From a virus: 43,159 nt of DNA. The translations under genes were made by a program, and so were the position numbers. This document shows positions 42,071 through 43,159 of this stretch, piece by piece. The number at the start of each line of letters is the position of its first letter. Within the stretch, counting starts at the first letter, position 1. The notes beneath the pieces are model-generated. The model was not told the DNA's origin, did not search any database, and saw nothing but the letters and a program-made list of their open reading frames with translations. Where the stretch lies: the IMG/VR virus record IMGVR_UViG_3300034104_000606; one strand, written 5' to 3'.

Positions 42071-42258
42071 AAATTCGAGCCCCTGTCAAAGAATGGTTAG
42101 ACAAAAGAAAGACAAAAGATAAGAATGGTTTAACTATAGGTTATACTATTAGTTGTTCCTTAGGTAAGATACTTTAACTTTAGTACCTTAGAGATTTTAT
42201 TACCTCTATCTAGGACTAGTCTAACTTAAGTTTAATCCCCCCGGTTTAACATATGGTT

Positions 42259-42287
42259 ATTATAACATATAGCTAACCGGGAATCAA
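42259..42287 (-). promoter_or_regulatory. Candidate late-arm promoter, TTGATT-N17-TATAAT
   Basis: Minus strand reads TTGATTcccggttagctatatgtTATAAT, about 190 nt upstream of the first leftward gene. Confidence 0.5.
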
Positions 42288-42442
42288 GAACTATTATGTC
42301 TCACCCCCGGTCTAGATCAACATAATAATATATCTGCGCTGATATGTCACAGGTAAATGCTACGGATGACTAGGGGTAAAACCCATTTGTCTAGAATTTT
42401 TCTGAGAAAATCTTTAGTTGTGATTAGGGGGATGGAAGGTAG

Positions 42443-42462
42443 CCCTAACCCCCCTCCCACCC
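42443..42462 (-). other. G-quadruplex-type motif, GGGTGGGAGGGGGGTTAGGG
   Basis: Four G3+ tracts with 1-3 nt loops on the minus strand, in an otherwise AT-rich noncoding region. Confidence 0.5.
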
Positions 42463-42614
42463 GTTAACCCTAGGAGTAAACCTAAAGAGATTTTATCTAT
42501 ATATTGTATAAACTTATTGTATATACTTAGGGGAGGCCCTAGGAATATATTCCTAACAGATTGTTTTATATAATTGTTTTACCAAAGGGATACATCAATT
42601 GGATTTACATATTG

Positions 42615-42626
42615 ATTGTATACAAT
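42615..42626. promoter_or_regulatory. Perfect 12-bp palindrome ATTGTATACAAT (operator-like), flanked by back-to-back promoter-like hexamers
   Basis: The sequence is self-complementary. The half-site ATTGTATA recurs at 129..136, 42503..42510 and 42516..42523. Plus strand reads TTGGAT-N16-TACAAT and minus strand reads TTGGTT-N17-TACAAT. Confidence 0.5.
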
Positions 42627-42730
42627 TTATGTGGGTTAACCAACAACCAATGTCTCAAAGATTTATCCATATGATTTATATAAAGAATCTTACATACCTC
42701 CGGGTATTTGTAACACATCCAGTTACATAT

Positions 42731-42765
42731 CTGGTACTACCATTTTCGAGCAACTGGTACTACCA
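42731..42765. repeat. Two copies of the 12-bp direct repeat CTGGTACTACCA, 23 bp apart
   Basis: Exact copies at 42731..42742 and 42754..42765 in the noncoding region. Confidence 0.9.
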
Positions 42766-43032
42766 CGCCTATTCGGTTGTGTTATGTTGGGTTCATAGAG
42801 AGAGACATGGAGAACAAACGAAACAGACGGACACATCACACTTAGCGGTTTACTTAGGATGCTGCGATATACTTGCGGTTGAGAGGTTGGCTGCGCTGCT
42901 GATTTACATACTTGATGGTCTAGAATGCTGCCAGCGTGAGGCGGTAGCGGGAGAGGCTTGACGGGATAAATATGAGGGGCTTTAGGCTACCGGGCGCTCG
43001 TGTCGCGCTGACTTATCTAAAAGACACGCTAG

Positions 43033-43159
43033 GGGAGATCACTAGATGCGCCGCACCTGAGGTACAGGTTGACGTAAAAAGGCAGTAGCCGCGCACTAGT
43101 ACCGAGTAACCCTAAGCAATCGCAAACGCGAAAAGGCTAGTACCCACAAACATAAGAAG
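43033..43159. repeat. Right copy of exact 127-bp terminal direct repeat
   Basis: Identical to 1..127. Confidence 0.95.

Noticed and set aside
42424-42448. TTAGGG / CCCTAA telomere-like hexamers
   Set aside because: These are single copies forming a simple inverted repeat. The resemblance to eukaryotic telomere repeats is coincidental. The G-tract run is reported separately.
42599-42961. 120-aa plus-strand ORF in the noncoding control region
   Set aside because: It starts at TTG with no SD. The product is Cys/Trp/His/Tyr-rich and unlike the other proteins. It spans the repeats and palindromes, which are better explained as DNA signals.

Overview
The window is essentially one complete, gene-dense tailed-phage genome of about 43.03 kb unique sequence. 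Its ends carry an exact 127-bp direct repeat (1..127 = 43033..43159). The architecture is podovirus-like, with T7-supergroup-style replication and virion modules, but I found no phage RNA polymerase, integrase or CRISPR array.

The genome has two convergent arms:
- Rightward arm (208..14483, + strand): small early ORFs, three small HTH proteins, a T7 gp4-like primase/helicase, a family-A DNA polymerase, a gp2.5-like SSB, MazG, a PD-(D/E)XK exonuclease, a homing-endonuclease/tRNA islet, a secreted RlpA-like protein, a metallophosphoesterase and a class II ribonucleotide reductase.
- Leftward arm (42070..14480, - strand): receptor-binding proteins, a lysis cassette, terminase, portal, scaffold, capsid, tail tubular A/B, a GNAT, internal/ejection proteins, and finally a run of five very basic small proteins.

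The arms diverge from a noncoding control region of about 1.1 kb (42071..43159 plus 128..207). They meet with overlapping stop codons at 14480..14483. Stop/start overlaps (ATGA, TAATG) are pervasive.

The ORF track misses two tRNAs (Arg-UCU, Thr-UGU) and at least seven short coupled ORFs.

Observations I consider most worth follow-up:
1. A five-gene, translationally coupled operon of Lys/Arg-rich proteins at the distal end of the late operon. It may work with the GNAT embedded in the ejection-protein module.
2. An ~80-nt consensus-promoter-plus-leader-hairpin cassette present twice, once per strand.
3. A ~4.3-kb CpG-rich receptor-binding cassette. Its left junction falls exactly at a domain boundary inside the tailspike gene.
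4. An HNH gene whose own promoter sits between the two tRNAs and reads antisense through tRNA-Arg.
5. A hidden ArfA-like small ORF.
6. A split in Arg codon usage (AGA versus CGY) that matches the phage tRNA-Arg.

All functional calls rest on motifs read by eye and on synteny. No database search was run.
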